Below are positions 38,319-51,166 of a stretch of 64,000 bases of DNA, piece by piece; position 1 is the stretch's first letter; the number at the start of each line of letters is the position of its first letter. Origin of the DNA: Felis catus (Eukaryota); NCBI RefSeq assembly GCF_018350175.1, contig NC_058368.1:25608001-25672000 (forward strand), written 5' to 3'. Under the pieces are notes generated by a model, which was given only the letters and a program-made list of their open reading frames with translations, did not search any database and had not been told where the DNA came from. Made by a program: the position numbers and the translations under genes.

Positions 38319-40456
38319 ATAAAAGAAACCTGCTGATAAAGCAAGATGGTCCACTTCAGAGAGGGCACATACTCTAATTGGTAGCAGAGAGAAAAACCTC
38401 GTACATGTTTGTCATCAAAGTTGTTCCAACCCCAGAGCCATATGACAGATCCAAGAGAGCCTGAATCAAAGGTAAGAATTTAGAGTAAGTTGGAAAAGAA
38501 CTTTAAAATCAATACTAGAATCAGAGTAAGGGTCAAATTAAGTTGTGGTTCAATGTTAATGAGTAGTGAGAAAAGTACCAAATTCTACACAGATCGTTTT
38601 GAAAATCTTGATTTACATGCTTCAACCTCAAAATTACTGTATTCAGCGCTGGTGCTTTCCTACTTTAGATCGGGGGGAAAAGAGACTAGAAATGTGCTGT
38701 GTTAATGGTGTCTATTGATGGCTCAGTATCTATGGGCAGTGCAACCGAACTTTAGTGAAATAAAAACACTTAAAATTGCAATCTGAGAATCAGGCATATA
38801 AAATAATAACAGCAACAAATTGGCAATATTAATCCTTATCAGAGAAACTAAAATAATAGAAATTTAATTTATTTAAACACAAAAAGCAAAACAGAACATG
38901 CCTTTAATGTCCTCAGGGTCTGTACTGTGGGATAACTTCTAGAAAAAGACTGTTTTGAAACAAAATTTTTGTACTATAGCATTAGTTAAATCTCTGCTTG
39001 GTAATTTCCAAGACAGGCTTATAATCTAAATTTTACTCTGTGGTAGCATGTAGTTCCAGTGGATGTATGTAAAATTATAAAAAGGGACTGAAATGATTTC
39101 CATGGTCATTAAGTTATTAATGACTAACCTTATACCCAGGACAAAACTAAGGTCCTGAGGTAACTTTTCTTTTTAAAACTGAACAGCACAGAAATGGCAA
39201 TCTTAATATTGTAGTACTCACAATGTTGTATGTTGTAAAGATACAATTAATTCTACAAATAAACGACAAATGATATGAACTAGTCTATTAAGGAGAAGAC
39301 TATAATGTTAACATAATGTTATTTCTTCTCTTTTTAGCTCTTTTCTCTTTGGGCATTTTGTTTCATACTGGCACACCAGCACTGTAAGAAAATGGTGACA
39401 CTCAAAACAGTCGCATATCTAACTTGTTAGCAGCCACCACAATATACTGGTGGGATAGTTACTGGACCAGAAATGGCTATTATGTGCATTTTAATTACCG
39501 ATATTATATCTGCTCCAGTGGCCATAGATCAATGCACAACCAGCTGCATGGAAATAAATGTCAATTCATAAAGGACTTTAAACGTAGTCTCCAATTGAAC
39601 ATTTTATAATCCAAACAAATCTATTATACACAATTTTTCTTTCACAACAGAAAACAAATTATTCAAGACTAAAATGCAACCACGTGTAGAAAATCCATTG
39701 TGGTATGGTATAGAGATACTCAACCATCATTACTGAAACCTTAATCACTGACAACAATTATAAAAGCCACCCACTGCCAATTAAAATACTATAATACAGA
39801 TGTCTGTAAATTTCTAGATTGTTGTTTGCAGAAATACTTTGATTGCTTTGTCAAGGCAGTCTTTGTGGAAGCTTTTAACTTTTGAAGTGAGCATGACAGC
39901 CTTGAATATCATGGTTTGCATTTAAATTCTTACAAAGATCCTCCTCACCCCTAATGCTTCTATTTTTGCAGAGTGTGTTTTTATCTCTTGGGAGGAAATT
40001 AATTCTTTAGAGTCCGTGAGTTCTTGGTATGCAAATTCAAATGGACAAAAGCATGTAGCATACTTATACTAATACTAGGCAAATACTGCTGATAAGCCTT
40101 TATGATACGGTCCTACAATTATCTATTATTCATTTAGCGAAATTCCAAATTTATACATAAAACTAAAAAACCAAAACCACTACAACAAAAACAAACCCAA
40201 CAACCATAACATAGTTGCCACACTGAAGGAAACAGAATGTGCATAAAAATAAATTTTCTTCCTAGTTCCTGGGGATTGACCTCAAAATCTTATGTAATCA
40301 TTCAACTCCCTCCAACAATGATTCTCTAGTTACGTTTTTCTAATTTTCTATCACTTTCTGACCAAGAGTTGTCGCTGAGAAAAAGAAGGGAAAGAAAAAT
40401 ATTTTTTGAAGCTGGGGGCCAGAGAGGATGATAAAGACAAGAAAATATTAATTCTT

Positions 40457-40688
40457 GGGGCGCCTGAAGTCGGTTAAGCGTCTGACTTCAGCCAGGTCAG
40501 GATCTCGCGGTCCGTGAGTTCGAGCCCCGTGTCAGGCTCTGGGCTGATGGCTCAGAGCCTGGAGCCTGTTTCTGATTCTGTGTCTCCCTCTCTCTGCCCC
40601 TCCCCCGCTCATGCTCTGTCTCTCTCTGTCCCAAAAATAAATAAACGTTGAAAAAAAATAAAAATAAAAAAATAAAAAAAAAAAAAAA
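40457..40688 (+). mobile_element. Young Can-SINE with an altered A-box
   Basis: Exact TSD aagaaaatattaattctt. Head reads ggggcgcctgaagtcgg. Confidence 0.96.
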
Positions 40689-40819
40689 GAAAATATTAAT
40701 TCTTTTTAAAAACCTTAGGTTTGCTGGAAAGAGACTTCCTGGTCTCCTCTCAGGTATTATTTTTGGCCCTACCCCCAACAGGATAGATGGCAGACAAACT
40801 ATGAAGTTCCTGTCTCTTT

Positions 40820-40980
40820 GAGTTGGTGGCTGCATGCTACAATTACCAAGGAAACCTGAAAAATTTTAAGATAGTTGGCCTCCACCACAGATCAATTAAA
40901 ATCAATCTCTGGAGGTATTTTTCTTTTTAAAAACCTTCCCAGGGGATTCTAGTGTACAGCTAGCACTGAGAACTATTATC
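40820..40980. mobile_element. MER5-like MITE
   Basis: ggctgcatgctacaattacc...cttcccaggggattctagtgtacagc...tgagaacta. Confidence 0.6.
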
Positions 40981-41479
40981 TAGACAACAGAAGACAGAAT
41001 TCCTTATGAGAAAGGGCCGAAAAGTGTAGACTACATGTGAGAAGGCTGTGAAATTTACACATGCTAGATGATGTCCACAAAGCCAACGAAACCACATACA
41101 GAAGCATCCTTACTTGCAGAGATGGAGGGAGCTGGAAGGAATCTAACATATCAACTCATTCTATGTATGTCAATCTGTAAATTGTAAAATGTACTATTAC
41201 ATTAGTATGCATGGATATTTTAAAGCATACACAAATAAAAAAACTTAAGGACATGAAATAAAAACAAGCATTATTTTAAGAGTAAGCTTTAATTTGTCAA
41301 AATTGTAAAATACATTTTGGTTTTGTTCTGAAAATATACTATTCAGTCTTCACATTCTGGATGCTTGTTTTTAGGTGAATTCCAAATTATACTTGTTTTT
41401 TCTTTTAAATAGTAGCTTTGTACCAGCAATAGCTAATACAACTTAAGGTCCAATACACACGCAAAGGTAAGGATCACTA

Positions 41480-41833
41480 TGTCAGCTATCTTCAACAAGC
41501 CTTGAGCCCCAGGCCTCAGGGGTGGTGGCAGCAGGGGACCTACAGGTTACACTTCCAAGAGTCCCCTGCCAGCTGGTTTCCAGCTGGGGCCCGGCCAATG
41601 AGAGAATGAAAGGAGGAGGAGGGGAGATTTTTGCTTTTTTGTGTGCGTTTTGTACACCTCCAGCAGCAGCAGCTTCCTCGTCTCTGGTAACCGACGCCCC
41701 TCCCCCTTTTCCAACTCCAGCCCTTCCACGTTGTCTTGGTAAACCATCTGTAACCAATTCCCCACGTTAAATCCCTTCCTGCTGGAATATCTGGAGTTGT
41801 TTTTGTTTCCGTGATAGACACTAACTGAATCAT
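41480..41833 (+). mobile_element. ERVL-type LTR relic (LTR33/LTR16-like)
   Basis: tgtaaccaattccccacgttaaatcccttcctgctggaatatctggagttgtttttgtttccgtgatagacactaactgaatca resembles an ERVL LTR 3' end. Confidence 0.65.
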
Positions 41834-42203
41834 CACTGAAGACAGGGATGACAAGTCACATTTAAAATGATACTGCTAATTTCCTTTTTGGAATTCCAGG
41901 GCCAAGTTCTTGTCACGTCAGATTACATCATCATTGTTTCTACCTCACACAGTGACTGATAAAGAGGTCATTTTAGATAGAAGCATCAGTTTTTCCACTT
42001 TCTTGTTCGCATATATGTGCTTTATTAGTATATTATCTTTACAGGTAACTTTAAAAGCATTTGTTCATTTTTTAAGACTGAGTTTAACTAATAATAGGTA
42101 CTATAATATAAACCTCTGAATTTAGCACCAACCCTAAAAGGCTGAAAGCAAATGAAAATGTGAGGTGCTTGGAAGTACCACTGTCAAACCATCAGTGTTA
42201 TAA

Positions 42204-42417
42204 ATTTTTTTTTTCAACGTTTATTTATTTTTGGGACAGAGAGAGACAGAGCATGAACGGGGGAGGGGCAGAGAGAGAGGGAGACACAGAATCGGAAACA
42301 GGCTCCAGGCTCCGAGCCATCAGCCCAGAGCCCGATGCGGGGCTCGAACTCACGGACTGCGAGATCGTGACCTGGCTGAAGTCGGACGCTTAACCGACTG
42401 CGCCACCCAGGCGCCCC
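42204..42417 (-). mobile_element. Young Can-SINE (SINEC_Fc)
   Basis: Exact TSD aaaccatcagtgttataaa. Confidence 0.97.
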
Positions 42418-42510
42418 AAACCATCAGTGTTATAAAATTCCTACTCTTATGCTAAAAAATGACTAGCACAGGGACTGTGTGAGGGTGCTAGGGTCAATCC
42501 ACAGTATATC

Positions 42511-42787
42511 TTTTTTTTTTTTTTTTTTTTAAAGCATGACTCAAAGGGAAGTTTATGGCTTTTTTTTTTTTAATTTTTTTTTCAACGTTTTTATTTATTT
42601 TTGGGACAGAGAGAGACAGAGCATGAACGGGGGAGGGGCAGAGAGGGAGGGAGACACAGAATCGGAAACAGGCTCCAGGCTCCGAGCCATGAGCCCAGAG
42701 CCTGACGCGGGGCTCGAACTCACGGACCGCGAGATCGTGACGTGGCTGAAGTCGGACGCTTAACCGACTGCGCCACCCAGGCGCCCC
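42511..42787 (-). mobile_element. Young Can-SINE with a 29-nt 3' tag and a second poly(A)
   Basis: TSD caatccacagt encloses SINE + tail + tag + A20. Confidence 0.95.
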
Positions 42788-43480
42788 CAATCCACAGTGT
42801 TTCTAAAGCTCAATTTCTTTCCTTTATTACATGAAAAACAAGATAAACACAAGCTCCAATATTTCTCCCCTCACTCAATGAGCCCTCCCGTAAATCCTAC
42901 TTTGACAAGCCATTACTTCCCAAAGTTTGCTTTTACAAACACTTCAGAGGATGGGGGAAGATAAATTTAATGTTCAAATGCATACAAAATATAGACTTAA
43001 ACCAATTCCAAGGTCCCTAATTTTAATATATTACAGTGTCCATTTTGAAGAGGATAACATAATCAGAATCTACAAGTTCTTTTAACACAGAATCATTTTA
43101 CACAACTCTTTTTTTTCCCCCAGAAGACTCTCACAAAATTGGTGTTTCAAAACTTTGAAAAATGTTGACCCACATGAACTGGTTTCAAGTTTCAGAAATG
43201 TAATGAAGATGTAAGGTACAAGAAAACCACTTATAGTGAAACCTAACAAGTCATACCTTACAGGTAAGGCAAGAGTTCTCAGGGCCAAGTCTTTCAAGGA
43301 AGCAACATTCTAAATTATAATTCTAATCATATATTCTTTTTGGCTCAGTAAATGCTTCCTGAATGGCAAGTATGGTAGGTATTATATCCCAGATAGTTTG
43401 TGAACTAAAGAAATAAATTTGAATTTAATGCTTAGAATAGCCCCATGTACAAAGTGGGAGCTCAAATATTTGGAAATGAT

Positions 43481-43563
43481 GGGAATCTACCCCCAAAACT
43501 GAGAGCACACTGTATAATACTGTATGTTAGCCAACTTGACAATAAATTATATTAAAAAAAAAA
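43481..43563 (+). mobile_element. Extremely 5'-truncated L1 (3' tip plus poly(A))
   Basis: gggaatctacc...tgttagccaacttgacaataaattatattaaaaaaaaa resembles the reverse complement of the L1 end at 23620-23700. TSD aaatgat. Confidence 0.75.
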
Positions 43564-43586
43564 TGATCACGTATGTGTTCTACATA

Positions 43587-43902
43587 CAGTTGACCAGGTT
43601 TGGACTACATGGATGTTTTCAATAAATACAATACTATAAATGTATTTCTCTTCCTTATAAAAGAGAAACTATTTTCATAATAACATTTTCCTTTGTCTAG
43701 CTTACTTTATTGTAAGAATATAGTGTATAATACATATAACATTCAAAATATGTGTTAATTGTTTATATGATCAGGAAGGCTTCCAATAAACAGTAGGTTG
43801 AGTTTTTGGGGAGTCAAAAGTTATACATGGATTTGAGTGTGGAGAGTGAGGTGGGGGGAGAAGTCAGTGCCCCTAATCCCCACATTGTTCAAAAGTCAAC
43901 TG
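43587..43902. mobile_element. Tigger2-derived MITE
   Basis: TIRs ta|cagttgac ... gtcaactg|ta with TA duplication. Internal ctagcttactttattgtaagaata. Confidence 0.88.
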
Positions 43903-44305
43903 TATTTGTAAATTTATCTATGTGCCATAGGTGGGTGGAAAAGGTTCCAGGGATAAATGCAAGGTGGGTTCTTTCTGATCAAATGCAGTAATATAGTTTT
44001 AAAAATATCTAGGTCATTTTCCAACCTCTTTTTCAGTTTTGTAGAAAATTTTTTCCTTACATTTATCTTTAAAATTTTATTCAAAGATCCTCAACTGTTA
44101 CAATGAAATACCAGGCTTCATGTTTATGTAGTTCACTGTGCTTGAAATGTTTGAAAACATTTCAACATTATACTGAATTTAAAATTTTTATTGAATGTCT
44201 TGATTATATACCCTCTAAGTCATTCTTGTTGAATTATGTTAATGTTTCTCAATCTTCTAAAAAGTCAAAGTCTCCTTCTAATAAAAATAACAAAAGCTTT
44301 ACACT

Positions 44306-44507
44306 CTTTCAAGTTTATTTATTTATTTTGAGAGACAGAGCACAAGTAGGGGAGAAGGGCAGCGAGAGAGGGACAGAGAATCCCAAGCAGCCTCTGAGCT
44401 GTTAGCACAGAGCCCCACTAGGGGCTCACTCTCACAAATGGTGAGATCATGACCTGAGCCAAAAAGCAAGAGTCAGACGCTTTACTGACTGAGCCACCCA
44501 GGTGCCC
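44306..44507 (-). mobile_element. Can-SINE
   Basis: TSD acaaaagcttta. Confidence 0.94.
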
Positions 44508-46124
44508 GACAAAAGCTTTATACTCCTATAGTTGATCTTATACTATAATACTGAGGATGTTTTTAAAATCTACATAGGTGCCTCCATTCAATCTGATATA
44601 CTCCCATGGGGGAAAAGAATTACTAAATATTCAAATAATGCAATGTGATAGATTATAGTCAATCTTTATTTTTATATGAACAAAATCTTTCCAAAGATTA
44701 CTATATGGCTCATTACTATAACTACATTAGTACAATGACTCACCAATGCTATGACAACCTTAATGAAGGTTGACACCATGAACTGCCACTTAATGTTAAA
44801 AAGTCTTAAGGTAGATGCTTTTTATCATTATGTCCCAATAAGAAGTTCAGAATACAATGTATTCATACTTGTACTAAAAAGAAAATAATATAAAAACATC
44901 CTAAAAACATGAAATTAGGAATATGTCTTCTATACCTACCAGGTGGATATAGTGCCAATGCTGCTAAGAATATGAACTTTGATACTAGCAAAGTGCCAGC
45001 TCTGATTGATTTTTCTTTTGGTAGGAGATCATCATGGCTAGGTACTAACACTCCTTCCTAGCTTTCTTACTTTCCTTTATTCCAATGAAAAGCTTTACTG
45101 CCCACTGTAACAATTCAATCAATTCACACTCATTATGATGATTCCAACAATTCAAAAAGACTTTATACAGAAGAAAATTAGAATAAAATCATTCTAGCTC
45201 CTACCGTCCAAAAATAACAACTGTTAAAGTATTTAATCTTAAGATTGGACACTGGTTTCCAACCTTTGCCTGTCTTAAACAATAGAGAGAAACACTACTG
45301 TATATCTAGCTTTGGGTTTCTATGATACATCCTTAGATACAAGACTGCTGGGTCAAAGGATATATCCTTTATACACAATATATCCTTTTACACAAATTAT
45401 CAAACTTCTCTCCAGAAAGGTTAGATCTCCTTATAGCTTATGGAAAGTATGGTCTTTTGTTGTCCTTACTGTGATAAAGAAGAAGCCAGAAAAGTAGACT
45501 TTTATTTACGTGTCTCAATCAAGAGACAACATAAAATATCCCTCTTGGATTATCAGACACTGATTCAGCCTGTTCTCTTCTTTTAATTTACGTTTCCCCT
45601 AAAGCATAACCAGAGGCTGTGAAATGAAAGCCTGGCTGGATGCAAATGAACTTTGACTTGCTTTACTTAACCCACATAGTGTAGCAATTTTTAAAGTCTG
45701 AATGTCTTTAAGAAGAGGCATGTGCACTCCAGTTCATCACAGTCCCTACCATTTCACCTTCAATTTCAGCATTCTGCTCACTGAAGATGCCTAGTTGGCT
45801 CTGTAGGCATTTGCTACCTCTCATGTAAAATAACTCAAATATCATAAAGTAATGGTTTGACAGATACTGATCTGTGACACCTAAATCTGTATACTTAAGG
45901 CCAGTCTTAAAAAGGGATTCTTTCTTCCTAAATACTGTATATCTAGACAAATGTTAAGCAACAAAGTAGGACACAAGATATCAACTGTTAAGTATCACTG
46001 CCCTTAACTTAGGCTTCACTGTATTTTCAGAAAATCATTATATTTTCCCTTACATCTCCAGTATTTCAAGACCCAAAATCCTTAGCCCTTTTAGTATTGT
46101 TAATGACCTGCAACAACATTTAAC

Positions 46125-46345
46125 AGCATGGCTCCCAAACCAGACTACCTGGGTGCAACACCTGAACTGGTTAATTAGTGACTTGTGTGACCTCAAGTAA
46201 GCTAACCTCTCAGCTTGTATTAGTTACTTCAACTAAAATGAGGACAATAGCAGTAATTACTTTCTAGGGCAGGTATGAAGACCGAATGCGTTATTACGAA
46301 GCACTCAGAACAGCGCCTGGTACACAATATGCATATTACATGTGC
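46125..46345 (+). mobile_element. MIR
   Basis: tgtgtgacctcaagtaagctaacctctc...gcactcagaacagcgcctggtacac. Confidence 0.75.
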
Positions 46346-46441
46346 GTATATAGCATAGCACAGCATAGCATAGCATAACATAACATGATATATATAGTAT
46401 ACACAAGATACACTTCAATATAAATGGTTTAAAAACATATA

Positions 46442-47050
46442 CAGGCAGTCCTCACTTTCCATGTAGTGTGAGACCATAAAAATGCCCATAAAAGTTGAAA
46501 CTATGCAAAGCAATCTTTTTTTAAAAAAAATTTTTTAAGTTTATTTTTATTTGAGAGAGAGAGAGAGAAGAAGCAGGGGAGGGGCAGAGAGAGAGGGAGA
46601 CAGAATCCCAAGCAGGCTCCGCACTGCCAGCACAGAGCCTGATGCGGGGCTTGAACCCACAAACCACAAGATTATGATCTGAGCTCAAGTTGAGAGTTGG
46701 ACGCTTAACCAATTGAACCACCCAGGCTCCCAGAAACTATGCAAAGTAATCTTAATAATCATTGGGAGGAATTACCATTGTTGCAAACTTAAAATTTCTT
46801 CTCGATACATTAAAAAGTCCCATAAAGGTATAGAAAAGTGGGAAAAATCAAACTAATATTAAGTACACTGTAATTTAAAACATTGGAAACACTGAAAAAT
46901 GAAGTGTTTTATTTCTTTGAAAAATTTATCAAGAGTATTTTGAACAGTGGTTGCCTTCTTCTCATTGTTTAACTTAGGATACACAGTGAACATCTTCTCC
47001 ATGTTTGCCAAACTGTCATATTCTTTCCTCAGTCTAGATAACTCAAGCAC
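46442..47050 (-). mobile_element. Ancient Tigger transposon relic split by a SINE
   Basis: ta|caggcagtcctcacttt terminus. Minus-strand frame EKKATTVQNTLDKFFK resembles the Tigger transposase C-terminal QTTLDxFF motif. Confidence 0.7.
46517..46731 (-). mobile_element. Can-SINE
   Basis: TSD gaaactatgcaaag(c/t)aatctt. Confidence 0.95.
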
Positions 47051-47152
47051 CTAATAGCAGGTACATGACTGCTAATGTCCTTTTAAAACCTAAGAGTCTA
47101 CAAAACTTAAGAACAAAGATATAACAGAATGAAGATAGACATGAAGACTTAC

Positions 47153-47252
47153 ATTGTATTGATGATTAGCAACAGGCTTATAATTAGTTGTCACCACTTT
47201 GTCCAGTTGCTGTGATAGCCTTACAGGTTTGGAAGATTCTTCTATTTGCAAT
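47153..47252 (-). CDS. GTF2F2: GTF2F2 (TFIIF beta/RAP30) internal coding exon, third from last (probably exon 6), 100 nt
   Basis: Reverse complement reads ctttttttcag|A TTG CAA ATA...TAC AAT|gtaagt and translates (R)LQIEESSKPVRLSQQLDKVVTTNYKPVANHQYN, recognised as the RAP30 linker. Ends in phase 0. Confidence 0.97.
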
Positions 47253-48160
47253 CTGAAAAAAAGAAGGCATTGTCAACAAGCTTATTTATTAGAGGGAAAC
47301 CTGAAGAGTTATTTCTACAATTCTTCTTACTCAAGAATACTTAATATATTAAAAAGTAACCTCAGAAGATGTACTAAGCCTTAATATAATACTTCAAAAA
47401 CACACTGAATGTGTATGACAATAATGCAGAAACCTGAACATAGGCTAAACATATAAACCATCTCATAATCCTACAATTTGCTTCTAATTTTACACTGTAT
47501 AGTCAAGTCTTAACTACTAAAACCAAAGAAACTAACCAGCTTTAAATTTCTGGGGAAAAAAATCTACCTGTAAAAACGAACTATCTTAATTATATGGCAT
47601 TAAACTAATCAAGTGATTAATTCAAAATTCTATTCACTCGATAAAAGATAAAGATAAATAGAAAGATAATATGTTGACACTAAGGTCTAATGATTGCTTT
47701 ATTGGACAGCAAGATATAGAACATTTCCGCCATCAAAGAAACTTCTCTTTGACAACACTGGTATAGAATGCAGACCTCCATCTAAATTAAAATATAACTC
47801 AAAATACCACTTTTGGGAAAAGCTATAAACATATGACTTTAAATACTCTTGTTTAATAGAGCAGGAACTAAAAATAATTTTCATTTAAAATATCTTTAAA
47901 AACAACTCACAGTATAAAAAGTACCTATTTTTATAAAATTCTTATTATTTTGTTTCTTGCAGTTATCTATTTGCTTCTGCCTGTTTTAGGTATGTAACAC
48001 CTAATTACTCAGAGGAATTTAGATATATACCAGTTGCTTTTTTAAGTGGAAAAGTTATAAATATTACAGGTTTTGATTTTACCGTGATTCCTGAATTCAA
48101 TATAGTAATTCCTGTGTTCAAACACACATATTTAAATTCTACCAGTTATTTATAAATCCC

Positions 48161-48464
48161 AGCATGGAGCATAGAGCCCAATGTGGAGCTTGAACTCATG
48201 ACACTGGGATCAAGACCTGAGTTGAGGGGTACCTGGGTGGCTCAGTCAGTTGAGCATCTGACTCATGATTTTGGCTCAGGTCATGATTCCAGGGTCATGG
48301 GATCAAGCCCTGTGTCAGGCTCCGCACTGGGCACGGAATCTGCTTAAGATTCTTCTCCCTCTGCCCTTCTCCCCAACTTGCGTGCTCTAAAATAAAAAAC
48401 AAAAAAAAACCTGAGCTGAGATCAAAAGTCAGATGCTTAACCCACTGAGCCACTCAAGCACCCC
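48161..48464 (-). mobile_element. Older Can-SINE split by a nested SINE
   Basis: Two halves, 48161-48225 and 48407-48464, rejoin at acctgag(t/c)tga. Confidence 0.85.
48226..48409 (+). mobile_element. Can-SINE nested in opposite orientation
   Basis: ggggtacctgggtggctcagtc head and A tail. TSD acctgag(t/c)tga. Confidence 0.92.
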
Positions 48465-49114
48465 AAAATGATTATTTTATGAAGCGTAAGAAAAGTACTC
48501 TACAAATATCTTTAGAAACTTACTGTATATGTAACCATAAATCATACATACAATGTTACTTTGCTTTTCATGAGCCAAATATACTTTCTATGAACCAGGA
48601 AGAAAGTACTAGCTAGAAGTCTAGAAGGGGGGTGTCCACCCAAAGATGGACTTGGACTTCTATTCCTTCAGTAGCCTCTCAACTGCCCTTGGACAAAGCA
48701 CCAGCTCCTTCATAGGAGTTCATGTCCCTCTGGGATCTAGTCCCTGCTTATCTCTCCAGCTTTATCCACATTCTCTCGCATCTGCATCCGACAGCATGCA
48801 GCTGTGCCATGACCAGATTTTAGTAGAAGCCTCTGGCTGGCAATCACTCAGCAAGTGTTTACTGGGTGCCTATCTCTGCCAGGCGCCGGGTTAGAGGTTG
48901 GGAATGCTGCAGTAAAGAACAGACTTACTACAGTGGAAGACCAGCATTAAACAAATGCTTACCTATAACTCATTAACTGCAGTACTAAAATGGAGCAGGG
49001 GACTGGTATTATGACAGCTGATTGCATGATGCTATGAAGTAAATATTAACCCCAGTGTGTACACTTGAGGGTAAACTAGAGCAGGACTGCTCATGCTTTT
49101 GAGAGGTGAGGCAA

Positions 49115-49345
49115 GGGGGACTTGAGTGGCTCAGTCGGTTGAGCATCCAACTTCAGCTCAGGTCATGATTTCATGGCTTTTGAGTTCAAGTCCCATGTCA
49201 GGCTCTGTGCTGACAGCTCAGAGCCTAGAGCCTGGAGCCTACTTTGGTTTCTGTGTCTTGCTCTCTCTCTCTGCCCTTCCCCTGTTCACACTCAGTCTCT
49301 CTCTCCTTCAAAAATAAACCTTAAAAAAAAAAAAAAAAAAAAAAA
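49115..49345 (+). mobile_element. Can-SINE
   Basis: TSD agaggtgaggcaa and long A tail. Confidence 0.95.
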
Positions 49346-51128
49346 GAGGTGAGGCAAAAAGACTGGGTGGAAATGACTCCTCCAAGCAGAGAAGACGTCT
49401 CCAAGTGACTAAGAGAAAAAAATGATTGAAGACAGGTGTAGGGATGTTTACAAAGGGTTAGAACTAGGCATGTACTACCCCTTGCGGGGGTGGGGGGGGG
49501 GTGGGGGGAATCAAGTAGCAGCCTGTTTCTGAAAACCTTTGTGTTCTAATCCTAGCCCTATCCTTACCGGAATCAGTTCTCAGGGGTTTGGCCTCTGTTA
49601 AATGGTAATCTATCTGTTATGCTGCCACTAAATTGTCTTCCCTGTTTCAATCATTGCACTCCATAATTTGATCTTATGAGACATTCAAGGAGGGAGGCAT
49701 GTACTAGCTCCTTCCTCCCACATTAAATGATTGTTCCCATTACTTCACAATTTGAAAATTCCTTGGGGTTTCAGTTTGTTTAGGTAAGTGTGTCTTTATA
49801 AGTGGTAACTTATTCCTGTCATACTCTTACACTTGAATTTATTTGCAGGCACTGCATTCTGATTCAGGTTCAGGTGGCATACTTTCCTTTCAATTCTAGT
49901 GCAACAGCTCTAAAAGCCAATGCTGTCATCCACAGAGGGTCATGCCGTTTTTATCCTCAAAGTATTTCATCTCTTAAATATAGAAAGGAAAACAGTGAAT
50001 TAACTTTTTAAAAATAAAGAACTCATATAAAAACTTAACCTTCCTATTATGTATTTAAAATGTCAACTTCAAGGGTTTTAATTAAAAGGGGGTATCTTAT
50101 GATTTAAGACTCAAAACGTTAATCTAGACACTGAAAATATAACATATTTTTAAAGAACTAAGTCTTAAAATACTTTAATAAACCCGAATAGTTTAAAATA
50201 GGTTGGCAGGTTCTTTACCTAACATAAATAAATTCATCTAATATTATCTCATGAAGTGTTGAAACAATTTGCAACTCCATTTCACCACTGAACAATGCAC
50301 TTAATTAAACACCAGGGACCTCAACATGCCTTCAAAGTCTTGGTTTATCTGGGTTTGCACAAAACAACATAATTTGGAAATATTTGGTTTGCAAGGCTGA
50401 ACAGCAAAGTACACACAGAGGTCGTGGGCTGGACTGAGAGCAAAGTAAGAGCTTCAATGTCCTAGAGACTTAAAAAAAATGGGTGTTAACTTTTTTCAGG
50501 AAAATTTTAAATATGGTGTTATTTTAAAGAAACTGTAACAGAAAAAGCATATCCTGTGATCATTTAGATGCAGGCAGGCTTGTTTTACTTTTGTTTTATA
50601 AACCATTAAAAAAATACTCATTAGTGCTAATTACTATCACCACTTCAGGACAATTTTGAATATAGTACTTCCATTCTTAGAAAGCTCAATTACTAGTCTT
50701 TCTGGAATTATTAGCTAAAGAGCCAGTTTTTTCTCTTACTTCTTCCCATCAAATTAAAAGGTCAAAGGCCACATGACCTAAGAGCTGAAATACTAACAAA
50801 ACAGTAATAACTATAACAAGTAATAATAAACACCTAAAAGGCGCTTACTACGCACTGGAAACAGTGTTAAAAGCTTTATCTACATCACCTCCATCTCACT
50901 GTTTCTTCATAGAATGCAAAAATAGAACTGGAACTCAGATCCTTTTTTTTCTTTTACTCCAGGTTTCAAGCAGTTAATTTATAGTCCCTCACAGTATACA
51001 GTCCCTTCTATACAGTCTCCCAAAAGGCCAGATAGCAGAATAAAATCTCTAATTAAAATTTTGTTGAGTTTAGTTCAAAATAAGTAATTCTCCTTGATAC
51101 TCATCAACCTGCCTGCAACAAGCCCAAT

Positions 51129-51129
<1 letters not shown>

Positions 51130-51163
<34 letters not shown>
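51130..51163. repeat. (CA)n microsatellite
   Basis: Read directly. Confidence 0.95.
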
Positions 51164-51166
<3 letters not shown>

